Shown here: piece by piece, positions 12,353 to 25,366 of the stretch
Position numbering within the stretch: the first letter of the stretch is position 1
How the letters are laid out: each line of letters opens with the position of its first letter
From: Anthoceros angustus
Lineage: Eukaryota > Plantae > Anthocerotophyta
Direction: 5' to 3'
Length of the DNA: 64,000 bases
Assembly (NCBI GenBank): GCA_010909165.1
Contig: VJWM01000103.1
Coordinates: forward strand, 186,001-250,000
Position numbers and translations under genes: made by a program
Notes under the pieces: model-generated
Seen by the model: only the letters and a program-made list of their open reading frames with translations
Told to the model about the DNA's origin: nothing
Databases searched by the model: none

Positions 12353-14025
12353 ATGGCTTTGAAATGGGGACTTGCCCTGGCCCTGGCCCTGGCCTTGTCC
12401 TTTCTGTGCGCTGCAGTGGCCCTGAGAGCCGAGCTGCAGCTGGGGGAGCCTCGGGAGATTTTGCGAACTGATGGAGGCAGCATTGAGGTTTGGTCCAACA
12501 TCAGGACCCTGAGGGACGCCAATGTTGCTGCTGGCAGGATTACCATCAGGCAGCGCGGCCTTGTGCTGCCCCAGTACTCCGATTCCGCTCGCATCGCATA
12601 CGTTGAGGAGGGTGAGTCCCCTGTTCACGATTGCAGTGCTGCAGAGATAATTCAAATGTTGTGGACGAGGCGTTGAGGGATTGCTTGTGATAATGTTGCA
12701 GGCGAGGGATACGCTGGAATCCTCACCGGATACTCGCTGGGGGAGTCCTCCAACGTGAGGCGCGTGAGGCGTGGTGATATTGTGGCCGTGCCTCGCGGTG
12801 TTGCTTTCTGGTGGTACAATTCTGGCAACAGCGACCTCCGGCTCCTTGGCCTTGCTGAGACCTCTACATCCATCTCTGAAGGCGAACCCAGAGTAAGCTC
12901 TCGAAAACGACATCGCCATGTTGCTGCCTGCTATTTGCTTCTCCTTGTCGAGTCCGTTGGCTGATGAGGCCCGGACTGCAAATGTGTGGTGCAGGGATTC
13001 TTCTTGATCGGTGGAGGCCGGCAGGGAGGCGAAGAGGAGGGCTCCCGTCAGGAGGGCCAGCAGTTCAGAGGAATTCTGCACGGATTCCGCAGGGAGTTCC
13101 TGGCCGATGCCTGGGATGTGGAGGAGGGGCAGGTGGATGACTTGCTCAACCGACAGCAGGGCACGGGGATCGTGCAGGCAGAGCGAGAGGTCAGAATTCC
13201 CGAGTCCACCAACGCAGTTGAGGACGGACAGCGAGACAGCCAAGCCCACCTCCGCGAGCACGTCAATGGCGAGTTCGTGTACAACATTCGTGAGGGCTCC
13301 CCCGAGGTTCGCGTCCGCGATGCTGGCATCTTCAACAGCGCCAACAGATTCAAGCTCCCCATCCTGAGGAACCTCAACCTGGGTGCCACCTTCGGCCATC
13401 TTGAGAGTGTATGCTATTCAACGAATCTCATCAAATCTGGGCTTTGGTTTTGTCTCATGGCGTTCATTGCTGTTGTCCCAAATTTTCCTCCCAACGGCAC
13501 GTCTGATGGGCGTGCGTGCTACGGTGTGTTTGTTTGCGCAGAATGCCATCCTAGCTCCCCAGTGGAATGTGAACGGTCATGCTATTCTCCTTATCCTTAG
13601 AGGCAACGGTGAGCTGGAAATTGCCGGCAACGATGGTGAAAGTCTGTTGAGCCAGGAGGTGAGGGAAGGTGAGGCCTACGCAGTTCCCCGCTTCTACCCT
13701 CATGGCATCAGGGCCGGAGACGAGGGGCTCGAGTGGGTTGCCTTCCACACCACAGACCAGTAAGCTCTCCCCTTGCTGTTCTTGTTCCTCCTTAATTCTG
13801 CTGCCCGGGCTACTGAAATATTCTGAGCAAATCGATTGGTGCATTTGGCAATGCAGGCCATTGGTTGAGGCTCTTGCTGGTAGAACCTCGGTGTACAAGA
13901 AGCTGCCTGAGGAGGTGGAAGCAGCAGCTTTCAACGTGGACGTTGCGCAGATCAGAGAAGGCAGGGAGAGGAGGCAGAGGGAGGCCATCATCCTGCCAGG
14001 CCGCGGTCGCGGTCGCCAATTTTAG
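12353..14025 (+). CDS. 11S globulin/legumin-like bicupin with signal peptide; 5 exons
   Basis: Exons 12353-12611, 12702-12892, 12995-13408, 13542-13759, 13857-14025. Hydrophobic N-terminus; cupin motifs GLVLPQYSDSARIAYV, GDIVAVPRGVAFWWYN, GFRREFLADAWD, LPILRNLNLG, APQWNVNGH, GEAYAVPRFY, LAGRTSVYKKLP. Confidence 0.9.
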
Positions 14026-14156
14026 ATCTTGCTAATGCTATAGGTGCTAAGCCGTGAGTAGGAGCAACTATCAGTTACTATTTCTCTACTACTACCTTAG
14101 TGCTACTAGTATCTTAGTGAAAAGCAAGCTCCTTGAAAAGGAGCCACATACTAGCC

Positions 14157-14778
14157 TGAAAGTGGATTAAACGCACGTCTGCGCCTTTGAATTTGATGAG
14201 AGCACCCACTGGTCTTTGGCGTTACACCAATGCCCTCGATATTCCCCCAAATGTGACAGATGGGTAGTATGTCATGCTTCCGTGACTTCCGTCTTCTCCT
14301 CCCCCATCTCTGCTGTGAAGTGTGCCAGAAACCCGCTCTAAGACTTTCTATTGATTAAATTCTTCCAGCAGCTCAACACCATCAGTCACGAGAACCAAGT
14401 TACAAATCCGACTCAGCTGAGGAACGATCTGGAGGCCTTGAGTGCTGTCAGCGTGAACGGCGTTATGGTGGATAGCTGGCCGTGGGGTCTGGTGTGGAGG
14501 GCATCAAGCCGTTGCAGTATTACTGGCCCGGCTACTGCGAGCTTTTTCACATGGTTGAACATGTGGGACTCGATTTGCAGGTATACTTCTTTCCCCCACC
14601 GCAACGCTTGTCAGCTTCCCTCGACTTGGGATGCAAATTTTGGTTTGTCTCCGTGATCATAAGGGATGATGTCATTCCGTGAATGTGGTGGGTGGTGGCA
14701 ACATCGGTGACGATGTCCACATTGCACTACCGGAGTGGGTGCTGGAAGTGGGCAAGGACAATCTTGACTTCTTTTTCA
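14157..14778 (+). pseudogene. Partial genomic duplicate of the neighbouring beta-amylase gene
   Basis: 14268-14778 parallels 7428-7936, including two introns, with frameshifts. 14157-14186 parallels the BAM upstream sequence 6786-6814. Confidence 0.88.
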
Positions 14779-15004
14779 AATAGCTGCAGAAACTCAGGCT
14801 CTTCCTCCACCAAGTGTTTCACTGTTTGCACTCCATGCCTCGTTCTGCCAACAGTGTCCTGACACACAATTCAATTCTTGTTGATATCATATCTTGTCAA
14901 ATTGAAAGAATATCCAGCTCCTTCCAGCTTGGCAATATGCATTTGCTGGAGGTCACCAATGTTAGGCCATTCGAAGACGGTCGACAATGCCTCAGACAAA
15001 CTGC

Positions 15005-16171
15005 CTAGTTGATGCGATGACACTTGAGCCGAATTTATCCCCCATCGCCAGTCAGGAACTCAATGGCTCCCAACTTTCCCATGGCTTCCACAAACTTGGG
15101 GGCGAAAAGGTCGGAGTCCTTGCTGTATGACACCACGGTATCACGGGTGCCGGGATCATCGTACAGCGTCTGGTCCGAGGGGAAGTGGCCCTTGTTGGCA
15201 ACCAGGTTTTCGTGATAGTCGTTGTCGAAGTCCTTGCCCGAATCCTGGTCCATGAAGATGAGAGTGTTGCCGTCTCCATTGGCTGGACACTCGTCCTACA
15301 GCTCCTCAGCGAGCGACTCGTCCAGGTTGGGGTCCAGCAGCGAGATCCTGGTCGAGTTGACGAGGCTGCAGCGGGCCTGGCCGATGGTGTGGGCTCTGGA
15401 GAGCGTCACCATGTCGTCCTGGCTCAGGCCCTTGCTTGCGAAGCTGTCGGTGAGCTGCTGCGAGTTCAGTCTTGGGCTCGGTAGCACACTGGGCTCTTCC
15501 GCCAGCGACACTCTCCCGTCCCTTCTCCCAGCATCAACGCTGTACCACGGTCGTCCGCTCTGCAGGTGCGTACCCATCAACATCTGGATCGTCTGATAAG
15601 CAACAAGGTTTCACAAGATCGCGGGCCGGGGCCTTACGAGAGCGACGCTGTCCCAGGCTGCGAAGGCAATGATATCTGCGCAGGAGACGGTGCCGGCACG
15701 CGGCTTCGATTCCTTCCTTGGCCCTGTCCAGGACTTCGAAGCCTCGAAGGCTGCCGGCGTTTGGTGGCCCGTCTTTCTCCGCCGTGTTGTCGGCTGTGGA
15801 GTGTATCATCAGCACAGAGGCGTCACACCCCTGCAGCACCAAATCAGAATGCATCAGAATCAAGAAAGAGCTTCTAGGATAGCTCCAGACGAGACTGTGA
15901 TTTGAACAGCGCAAATGTGTGTCTCCCGGGCTGTGCATACCCGGACGAAGCAATCATGGACGAGGAGGCGGAACAAGCCGGCCACCAGACCGGGGTCGTC
16001 GTCCACGGCGCTTCTCACAGCATCGTGCACTATGGATTCCGCCTTCGGGCAGCTCTTGCTATAGAATCCCTTCCCCAACCCCGCATCTTTGCTGGCTGTC
16101 GCAGTCAGGATGTTGAAGCAGACTGCATGGACTGCCAGAGCAAGAACCAGCGTTTGGATTGCTCTGGCCAT
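15005..16171 (-). pseudogene. Class III secretory peroxidase pseudogene
   Basis: Exons 16171-15941, 15830-15638, 15559-15005. Motifs [53 protein letters not shown]. Exon 2 is 193 nt (2-nt deletion at CPGTVS, ~15695). In-frame TAG at 15296-15298; further stop near 15035. Confidence 0.88.
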
Positions 16172-16199
16172 GGAATATGCTGTACTCGCGTAATACCGT

Positions 16200-17025
16200 C
16201 CCGGATGCTTTTGTCACTCGTTTCTCACTCTGGACCAGCTGCTGTCCTGCAACGTCGGAGCGGACGCAGATTTCTCAAACAACCATCGGAAGGAAAGGAA
16301 AGCTGGGCCTGGCCCGAGAACGCAATTTCAGGAATCCGAATCTTGAGCTTTGTCAAGACCCTTCAATCGAGAGCAGAGTAGCTTTGGAAGTGCAGATAGG
16401 CATTGCACGATCTGCGTTCCCCACTCTGCGTTTTGGCGGCATCCTGAGCAAGCTTATGAACACGATAAGGTGACGTCTGGTTGGGAAGTTTGACATTGTC
16501 TCACCGCAAGACAGTTTCACTGCCATCGTAGTCAGCCCAAGTCTTGGACCCAAGACTGCGCGAGCAAGCTCGTTTGCAGTGGATTGACCGGAACCGGATG
16601 AATTGGTGTAAGCACCAGCACAGCATTGCACCGCTGTAAGTACCTGAGACTGTACGTTTGGTCGACCAAAAGCCCTCCGGCTCCCATGCCCACCAGGAAA
16701 GATTAAGGAGGGCGTCGAAAACTTGACAGAGGCGAAAGAGAGGGTTTTGGTGATGAGGAATTCGGAGCACGTCTTGAGAGTCTGTCTGCGCACACATCGA
16801 CAGGAGTTTATCGCAGAAAGAACCGTAACCCCACTGGTTTAGACCAGCTTGACTCTTCATGTTTCTGCGTTTCTGCGTCGAAGTTGGCATGCTTGTCATC
16901 TGTGTATGTCTTGTCGTGCAAATGTATTTTAACGTCGTTCCAGAAGCAAGGCTCCCCACCACGTTGAGCTCTAAAAGCAGTAGTAAGCTTTTCTGCCAGA
17001 CGTTCATTTATGCTGTACAATTATG
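16200..17025. repeat. Diverged copy A of a ~0.8-1 kb segment (copy B at 19695-20732)
   Basis: Collinear blocks cggac.cagatttc..aaacaac.atcg...ggaaagctgggcctgg; gctta..a...gataa.gtgacg; ggattgaccgga; ttagaccagctt; gtaag.tttt.tgccaga...tcatttatgctg. Confidence 0.8.
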
Positions 17026-17159
17026 TTCTGTATTTTGCTTTTCCTCTATATGCCATGAATATCCCATGTCATCCCAGACCATATCCCAGTTCATCAGTGT
17101 GCAGATGCAGAGTGCAGGTTGGTCTGAAGACGGCTTGTCTCTGAAGGTATGAACATGGC

Positions 17160-17392
17160 TTGTGTGAAAGGTATGAGACCTTCTAGGGCTTGTGTGAAAG
17201 GTATGAGACCTTCTAGGCCTTGTGTGAAAGGTATGAGACCTTCTAGGGCTTGTGTGAAAGGTATGAGACCTTCTAGGCATTGTGTGAAAGGTATGAGACC
17301 TTCTAGGCCTTGTGTGCAAGGTATGAGACCTTCTAGGCCTTGTGTGAAAGGTATGAGACCTTCTAGGGCTTGTCTGAAAGGGTTTAGGACTT
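17160..17392. repeat. 30-bp minisatellite, 7 full copies plus degenerate ends
   Basis: Unit tgtgtgaaaggtatgagaccttctagggct, head-to-tail at 17161, 17191, ... 17341; no spacers. Confidence 0.97.
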
Positions 17393-18383
17393 CAAATGGC
17401 AGATAACCATTCATTAGCAAAAGGGCATGATCTCAAAAACATAGTCTTTGTCAGTCCCACAAAAGTCCTACGTCCTCACTGTGCATCCGTATATTGAACG
17501 GATGCGGATCCGACATCCGTTTTCCCATGCCAACATGTGCCAGCACTTAAGAGGTTCCTCAGGTTGCGATTTCGGGCGGCGTTTGGCAATGTCGATCCAA
17601 CCGCAAGAGTGAAATTCTGCGAAACCGATCGAGTCTCCAGATTGTTCACGAGAGCCCAGTTCACTTAGAGAAGTGACATCTACCCAAGTCTCGAGAATGG
17701 AAAGATCTGGACTCCTTGGGAGAGCATTTCTATCAATCCCCGACGGCCACCTGCCACCCCCTGTAAGCTGTACCGCACGGCCGTGACATGCCATGGCCAT
17801 TCCATCCTGGCACATTGCCACCATCCCGTTTTTGGCCGAAGCCCGCACCGTCCAGCGGGTTCCTACCTGCTACTACTTACATGACGAGCCTGCCTCCACC
17901 ACGAGATCGAGATCCTCTGACACCGACTTTCCGATCAACATGCAAGCTCAACTTGTGCTCTTTTTATAGCAACGTCTTTTCGCTCACGCTCGGCTTCCGT
18001 TTTCCACGAAAAGGTGCCTCTAGCCTGTGCACAGTCTTGTTCGACATCGATAATCTCACGATGACAAGATCGCGAGGCAATCCAGGGGTCAAGACTTGGG
18101 TCACCAACACGCTTCCTTCCGCAAGTTTTCAATCCTGTGCAGGCAGGCAGAAACACAGGTCGTTGCATGGAGAAGTGCGGCTCAATCTAGTAGTTTCTTC
18201 AATGAATACAAGGTGGCATTGCCCCATTACGGTTATCAACGGTCCTTTCCTATCCTATCCTATCCTCATGTACAACAATCTTCCTTGACAGATTCTAGCA
18301 TCTAATGGACACATGGGAGGATGGCAACTCGGCCATGAATGCAATCCATGAAGAAGCGTGCAGGTAAGCACAAATGCCGCAAT

Positions 18384-19266
<883 letters not shown>

Positions 19267-19694
19267 GCTTTCAGTGGACTGTGTCACGGAAAACAGAGAA
19301 TGGGAGAAGCACAGCACTTTACATAGGTCCCGAGGATCCCCAAACACGGCCACCGCCACTCCTTATTGGAGGCATGACGCGCCTGCACATCCACATCCTC
19401 GGCAATTCCCTGTGCATGTGCCCGGATACGATGGCCTCGCACCGGACGCAGCCCATGCCCCTAGCTCGTACCGCCTCGTCTCGGTCATGTTCAGCCGGCT
19501 GTCGGTCTTCCAGCCTTAGCCTGCCACGCGCCACAGCTGTCAGTCAGGCCATAAATATCAGGCCAATCTCCTTCTCCATCTCCCAACAGTTCTCATTCAA
19601 TGTTGTGGAGTCCCGAGGCTTCCCGACGTCTCAGACCCCGAGCCCAAGCCTGAACGCACGCGCAGCAGCCAATCTTCTGTCCTTGAATCCACTT

Positions 19695-20732
19695 CCCGGA
19701 TGGGAGTCAATCGTTCCAATTCTGGATCAGCTGCCGTCGTAGCGGACACAGATTTCGGAAACAACTATCGACGGAAGGAAAGCTGGGCCTGGCTCGAATA
19801 GGTTGAGAATCGGAAGAGCTTAGTCTAAGACCTCTCAAGCGAGAGTAGAAGAGCTTGGTAGATGCAGTCTTGCACGGCTTGGATTCTCCAGCCTGAATTG
19901 GGGCGGTACCCTGCGCAAAGCTTATAAACTGGATAAAGTGACGCTTTGATGGAAAGTTTGAATGTGTGTCTCACCACAATCTTACTCAGCCGGACTCTCA
20001 GACTTCCAGTCACGACAAATCAAGACTGCGACTGGTATGCTGCGGATTGACCGGAGACGAGTAGATTCGTGCAAGCACAGCTCTGCACCCGACGACACCG
20101 GTTCTGGGATTTTTGTCTACAACTTCATCGCACAACATTCATGTTCCTTCTTGTTTAGACAGACTATCCCATGCACTTTCCGGCAGATCATTTCTGTTAT
20201 TTAAGCACGCAAACCTAATATTCAGAGGCGTTTAGCCTAGGGCTTTGCACCCGTGGAGTCATAGCGCGGAAAAATCCAAGGGGTGCTGTGATGGAAGGAA
20301 CTGGAGAGTGCTTGTGTGTGCGTCCCAGGTAGTCATAGCGTGGAAAAAGCAAAAGGGTGGTGTGATGTGAGTAACTGGAGAGTGCCTGTGTGTGCGTTCT
20401 TGGAACTCGAGAGCTATGAGAATGCTGAAGCTTCTTGGAGGAGGAGGCTTGTGTGTGCGTTTTCTGGTACTGGAGGGTTACTGAGGATACTGAATTATAG
20501 GGATGGGGATCGCAAGAGAACAGATGTGAGGTGAAACTTCTGTCCTTCCCATTTTCAACCACTCGCTACTGTCAGCTGCTAGAATTAACCCCATCCCTCT
20601 GGGAGGCAAGAACCGAAATCCCACAGGGTTAGACCAGCTTATTCTTTGCAGCAGCAAGCCTTCCACAGAGTCCCACTGCATTGAGCTCTGGGAAAAGAAG
20701 TAAGTTTTTGTGCCAGATAGTCATTTATGCTG
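19695..20732. repeat. Diverged copy B of the duplicated segment, upstream of the phytoglobin
   Basis: Same collinear blocks as 16200-17025; contains an internal imperfect ~70-bp repeat at about 20255-20470. Confidence 0.8.
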
Positions 20733-21607
20733 GTTTTCAGTATTGATTCACGAATTTGAATTTACGGTGGCAGGTCTCAATGTACAATGCCCCAGCCAAA
20801 GCCAGCTTGAGAGAGATGACAAACGCCTGGCAGACAGTATTCTGGCCTGCACAGTCTGCGTCTGTTCGGGACACTAACCTCGTTAATCTAACAACGCTTT
20901 TCTTTCTTTGTGGCTCCTTAGAAAGTCCGGAAAAGGACGACCTCAACTATGCTACCAGTATTCTACATAGGCTGGAGGACTGGAAAGCATCTTGATGAGG
21001 ACTTGCCACCGGATCCATCTCCCTTGCGACTGGAGGGATAACTAACCATCACTCTTACACTAAACAACAGAGTCTGCAAACCGTCACCATCCGATGCATA
21101 ACTTTCCTGAGCTCTTGATGCCGTTAGCTGCTATTCAGCACCGCCAGCTTTTTCTGCTTGAGGCAGATGGGCTGCACAGTACACCGTGCCACAGGTGTCG
21201 ACAGGTTGAATTCCAACACGTGGTGCGACATGTAGATAGATACAATGCTCGTGAAAGAAACCCAGACTCACACAGATTTTGGAATTGTCGTCCAGGACAG
21301 CGTAACTCGATCCCAGAAACAGCCTGCTGGACGAGCCGGCAACCTGAGAGCAGTCCAGCCCACTACAGTCACGGAGCACACAGGACAAGGCAACCAAGTA
21401 CGTTGTAGTTTCGATTTGCTAGTACAGTACGGAATATGGACGTGCTTGGAGGCAACACTACAAACTATGCCTCTCGTAGACTGACAAACTGCTCTGATAT
21501 CCACACAAGAGTGAAATTTCAAGTGATGACATAGTGCGGACTACAACGCTGTCCTGAGGACATAGTCAGTGACGTGTGCATACAATGCATTATTCACTGG
21601 TGGGAGA

Positions 21608-22525
21608 TCAGTGCCACTTGTTGGTGCGCACCCAGTTGGTTCTGAACTTCCATTCGGTCAGATCGTAGGTTCCAGACTCAGTCTGCGGGACTCTGGCAGA
21701 GAAACCCACAATGGACTTTTCGTTCACATGGTCGGAGAGCTTGAGGCCAGAGTAGGAGAGCCGCAGCTTGGCCAACTTCTTGTTGGGCTTCTCGGTGTCG
21801 TTGAGGATCTGCAGCCGCACAGCCAGAAACTCCCTCCTGGCATCGTAATCGATGAAAACCGCAATGCGGCGGTCAACAAAATGCTCCACATCCCCCAGGT
21901 ACGTCTCAACCACAGAGTTCACGCTGTTGATGTCCAGCCCGAGGTGCGGAATGGTGGGGTCCCAGGCAAACTCCCGGGAAGTGTCAATCTCCACCGCGAT
22001 GGTCCTGCTCTTCTTGGGGTTCAAGGGGTTCCCCGTGGCGGTATCGATCTCGAACAATCCCAGGCTCTCGCGGTCGCTCTTCCCCACATTCTGGTTGGGA
22101 GTGATGGCGAAGGCAAAGCCTCCCCCGAACAGCCGGAAGATCTCGCTCTCCACCAGGTCGCTGCTCCGCTGGAACTTGATCACGTACGAGGTGGAGAAGG
22201 AGACTGCGTAGGGGCTGTTCTTCTTGTACAGCCGCACCTTGTTGTTGTAGGCGTACCTCACGGACACCACCGCATCGTCGAACGAGAAGGCGATCTCAGG
22301 CGGCGGGCTGGAGCTGGGCGTGCAGATGAACTGGGACGGCACGCCCACCGACCCGTCGAAGCTGCAGTTCAGGGCGGACGTGAAGGGCGGGAAGGACAGG
22401 TTCACCCCTTTCAACACATTCCCCTTCCTGTGCCCCTGGCCGTTGGCCTCCGCCCCGGGGACCGCGCTTGCTGTCAACAGCAATGCCACCAGGAGCAGCA
22501 ATCGGTTCCACTCCATCTGCCCCAT
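21608..22525 (-). CDS. Secreted L-type (legume) lectin-domain protein, intronless, 305 aa
   Basis: Signal peptide; SFSTSYVI, GGGFAFAITP, LGLF, IAVEIDT, WDP..PHLGLDINSVNS, IDYD, VGFSA, WKF. No transmembrane or kinase part. Confidence 0.9.
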   Translation of the reverse strand: MGQMEWNRLLLLVALLLTASAVPGAEANGQGHRKGNVLKGVNLSFPPFTSALNCSFDGSVGVPSQFICTPSSSPPPEIAFSFDDAVVSVRYAYNNKVRLYKKNSPYAVSFSTSYVIKFQRSSDLVESEIFRLFGGGFAFAITPNQNVGKSDRESLGLFEIDTATGNPLNPKKSRTIAVEIDTSREFAWDPTIPHLGLDINSVNSVVETYLGDVEHFVDRRIAVFIDYDARREFLAVRLQILNDTEKPNKKLAKLRLSYSGLKLSDHVNEKSIVGFSARVPQTESGTYDLTEWKFRTNWVRTNKWH

Positions 22526-22731
22526 TTCAGCCCGCCTGATGAACGTTGAATCTGAAGCCTGAACTTGTGAAGCCCTCGACCTCTGAGAGCCTGCAGCTGC
22601 TGCAGCCTGCGGAATCGGATGCTAGGCCGTGCAGAGTGATGAAAATCGTCTTGAAGGAATCGGATGAAGGTACCCAGCTGCACGCTCCTCTTCCCACACA
22701 CTGGCACATCAGACTTGTCCGCTGGTGGGGA

Positions 22732-22737
22732 TTTATA
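22732..22737 (-). promoter_or_regulatory. TATA box of the lectin gene
   Basis: TATAAA on the minus strand about 207 nt upstream of the ATG. Confidence 0.45.
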
Positions 22738-23699
22738 CCACCTGCAAATCGGATGTCCATCCTTGACCCGGTCCTGGAGGCCGTGCGGAGCCAGCTCAGC
22801 GGGTTGACCAGCGGCTGCGCGATCTCTCACCTCCTACTTGGAAGTGCGGCCATTGGGGTGAGCCAAGAGCCGTCTGGAGGCTTTGATCTGCGCTTTCTGC
22901 ACAGCCCTTGGGCCCTGGCCATGCGCCTCACTGTTGATTGGGCTCAAGATTGTGGCTCACCGATCTGGAGCCCAGGCCCCAGACCTAGCTATTCACAGAC
23001 TACGGGTTGCTCTACGGACTCCGGGAGCGAGCTGTGAGGACTCGGAGAGAACGATTCAACCTTGTCGTTTCTTTTTCAGCAAGCGCGGTCTGCAGGGTGC
23101 AGGGGGGAAAGTTGAAACCCCTGTGCTGTGTAAGCCCCACCATTTGCACCCGCCCGAGCTCCATCGCCTGTTCCTCGAGTTCACCGCGCTGTGGAGTCTT
23201 CCACCGTAGCACGCTGCCAAGCAAGGACAGTACATATGTACATATCTCATGCGCCTTCCTCGACCGCCTGTACTGCAAGGCCAGGAGCACGGCCGGGAAG
23301 GCCACGTCATCACCGACAACGAACATCCTTGGGTTTTGGATGGGGCAGGTTCATCCACAAGCATGAACCTGCCCCATCCAATGCCCAATGCCCCATGCCC
23401 CATGTCCCATGCCCAACCACGCAACCACGCGCCTTGTGCCATCCAGTTCGCTAAGGTCGTATCCGGAGGAGCCTGCTCCTGTTCTCCTTGTGGATTTGGA
23501 TTTGGTGCAGGCCCGGCGGTAAATCGATCTGGTTGCGGGTTTTGGGTTCTTGGAGAGGGGTTTGCGGTGGTGGCGTGCCTCTTATTATTAGGGTTTTTGT
23601 TATGGCGACGCAACCTCCAGCACCTAATATGGTTGAATGTGTAGACACCTAATAAGGTAAATCAGTTAGAGCTTTTGATGGAGGCTGATAGTGATGATG

Positions 23700-25366
23700 T
23701 GCAATTATGTGTTATAGGCGATAAATACAGGAAATCAATGGACCTGCGACTTTGGGGTCCAGGCTATCGAAGCTTTGTTCAACATCGGAGCCTGGGCTTT
23801 GGAGAATTCTTTCGAGGCCAAGTACATATGACTCTCTTCGTTGAGGATTCTTCCAAGGCCAAGTACGATTCTCTTCGCCCCTGGGTCGATTCTTTGCAAC
23901 ATGTTGGTGTATTTCTTCCCATTATGAGGGTTGCCTTTCTCAGCGGATATCTCACAACTGTACACTCAACCTGGCCGCCGCATATTCCACTTGGCCCTGG
24001 TCATGGTCATTGGCCCAAGGATGTGGGCATTACCTACAGGCGATGGCCCGAGGTGAAAAAACGACGGGATGAGCGGAGCGGGGATGCCCCCGTTTCATCA
24101 TGGTCCTACTGAAGCCAAGGCTGAACCAGTATGGTTGTGTGGGATCAGAAAGTATCTTTCCGTTCCATGGCTTGGAGCAGCCCATCCATGGTATTGTTTT
24201 CTCTCATGTAAAAATGACTATGGCCAAGAGGCCCTCAACGTACTTTGCTCAAATGTGCCCAAGCTTCAAACGAGCTGCAAACAAATCAAGGAGAAGAAAC
24301 GAAGGGCGAACGACTCAATCCGGTCGGTCCATCCTTATGAGGCTAAGGACCCTCCTGCTCCCAAAGAAGTTTGTTTTGAGACAACGGACCGAGCCTAAGA
24401 ATTATGAGTTTCTCGTCTTGGTTTTGATATTGTGGATGTGCTCAATATTGCAAAGGAGTTTCTCGGTCGGTTGCAAGTGGATGTGACAATTTTACATGCC
24501 TTCGGGCTTGGAAAGGATCCCGGGAGCGCACTTTAATCATGACTTTCCATACCTCGGTCGTACACCAATGGGGATCTTAAAGAAGAGAACATATTTGCAG
24601 TTGGAAGACTAAGCGGAGAAATACGATCTTTGTCATGCCGTGTGATACTAATCTCTGCACTTGGGTTTAGTGTTTGATTAGCATTAATTAATCTAATTAC
24701 TTATCTTTAAGTAAGTAATTAGTGTTAATTAATCTAAAGTGCTTATGTTAATTAAGCGTTGATTAGTGTTAATTAATCTAATGTGCTTATGTTAATTAAG
24801 CATCTATTAGTGTTAATTAAACATGGTTAGCAATAGCTAAGTGGATAAGCTCAAGTAATATGCTTTGGCATATTCCTTGCATATTATAGTGTATTCTTAG
24901 GATATTTACGCATATCATGCCATAGGATATCTTAGGAATATGCCGATGCAGTCTAGTATATATAGACCCTTCCATGAGACAAGCTCGGATCATAGCTTGT
25001 CCTCTAGATATCTGCAAGGGTGTTGTGAGGAGGCCAAAGCTATGACTCCGAGAGCGATGTGTGAGGAATTTGCGTGTTGTTCTCGTGGGGAGAGTGTGTT
25101 TGTGCCACGACGTGCGAGCTACTCCCTCCTGTTGTTATTGGTTTGCACCTATATACCTGCATATTAGATTTGTTTGCTTGGTTGTTGGTCGAGGAAGTGC
25201 TTATATGAATTCAAGTACTTACCTCGTGCGACATCTTGGATTATAATATAATGATAAAAAAGATAGAGTAAATAGTAGAAATAAAAGATAGAATGATAAA
25301 GTAAGGCAGATCAAGCACGCAGGTCACGGTACAAATAAGATAAGCTCGCGCATGCCACAGTGGCGC
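23700..25366 (+). mobile_element. Possible highly degraded Ty3/gypsy 3' region with LTR-like tail
   Basis: Weak integrase-like (WVDSL...TVHST) and chromodomain-like (AWKG) words, then TGTCATG at 24631 opening an AT-rich segment with a ~45-bp tandem repeat (24721-24820). No partner LTR seen. Confidence 0.3.

Noticed and set aside
12332-13399. 355-aa minus-strand ORF
   Set aside because: Antisense shadow across legumin exons and introns.
17160-17392. CRISPR-like array
   Set aside because: Units are head-to-tail with no unique spacers, there are no cas genes, and the context is eukaryotic.
21569-22549. 326-aa + strand ORF
   Set aside because: Antisense shadow of the GC3-rich lectin gene; no motifs.
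23056-23644. Possible Helitron N-terminal fragment or small membrane protein (GKV..P...PPELHRLF; 131-aa ORF)
   Set aside because: Similarity is limited to a few residues across a frameshift; no Rep/helicase motifs or termini were found.
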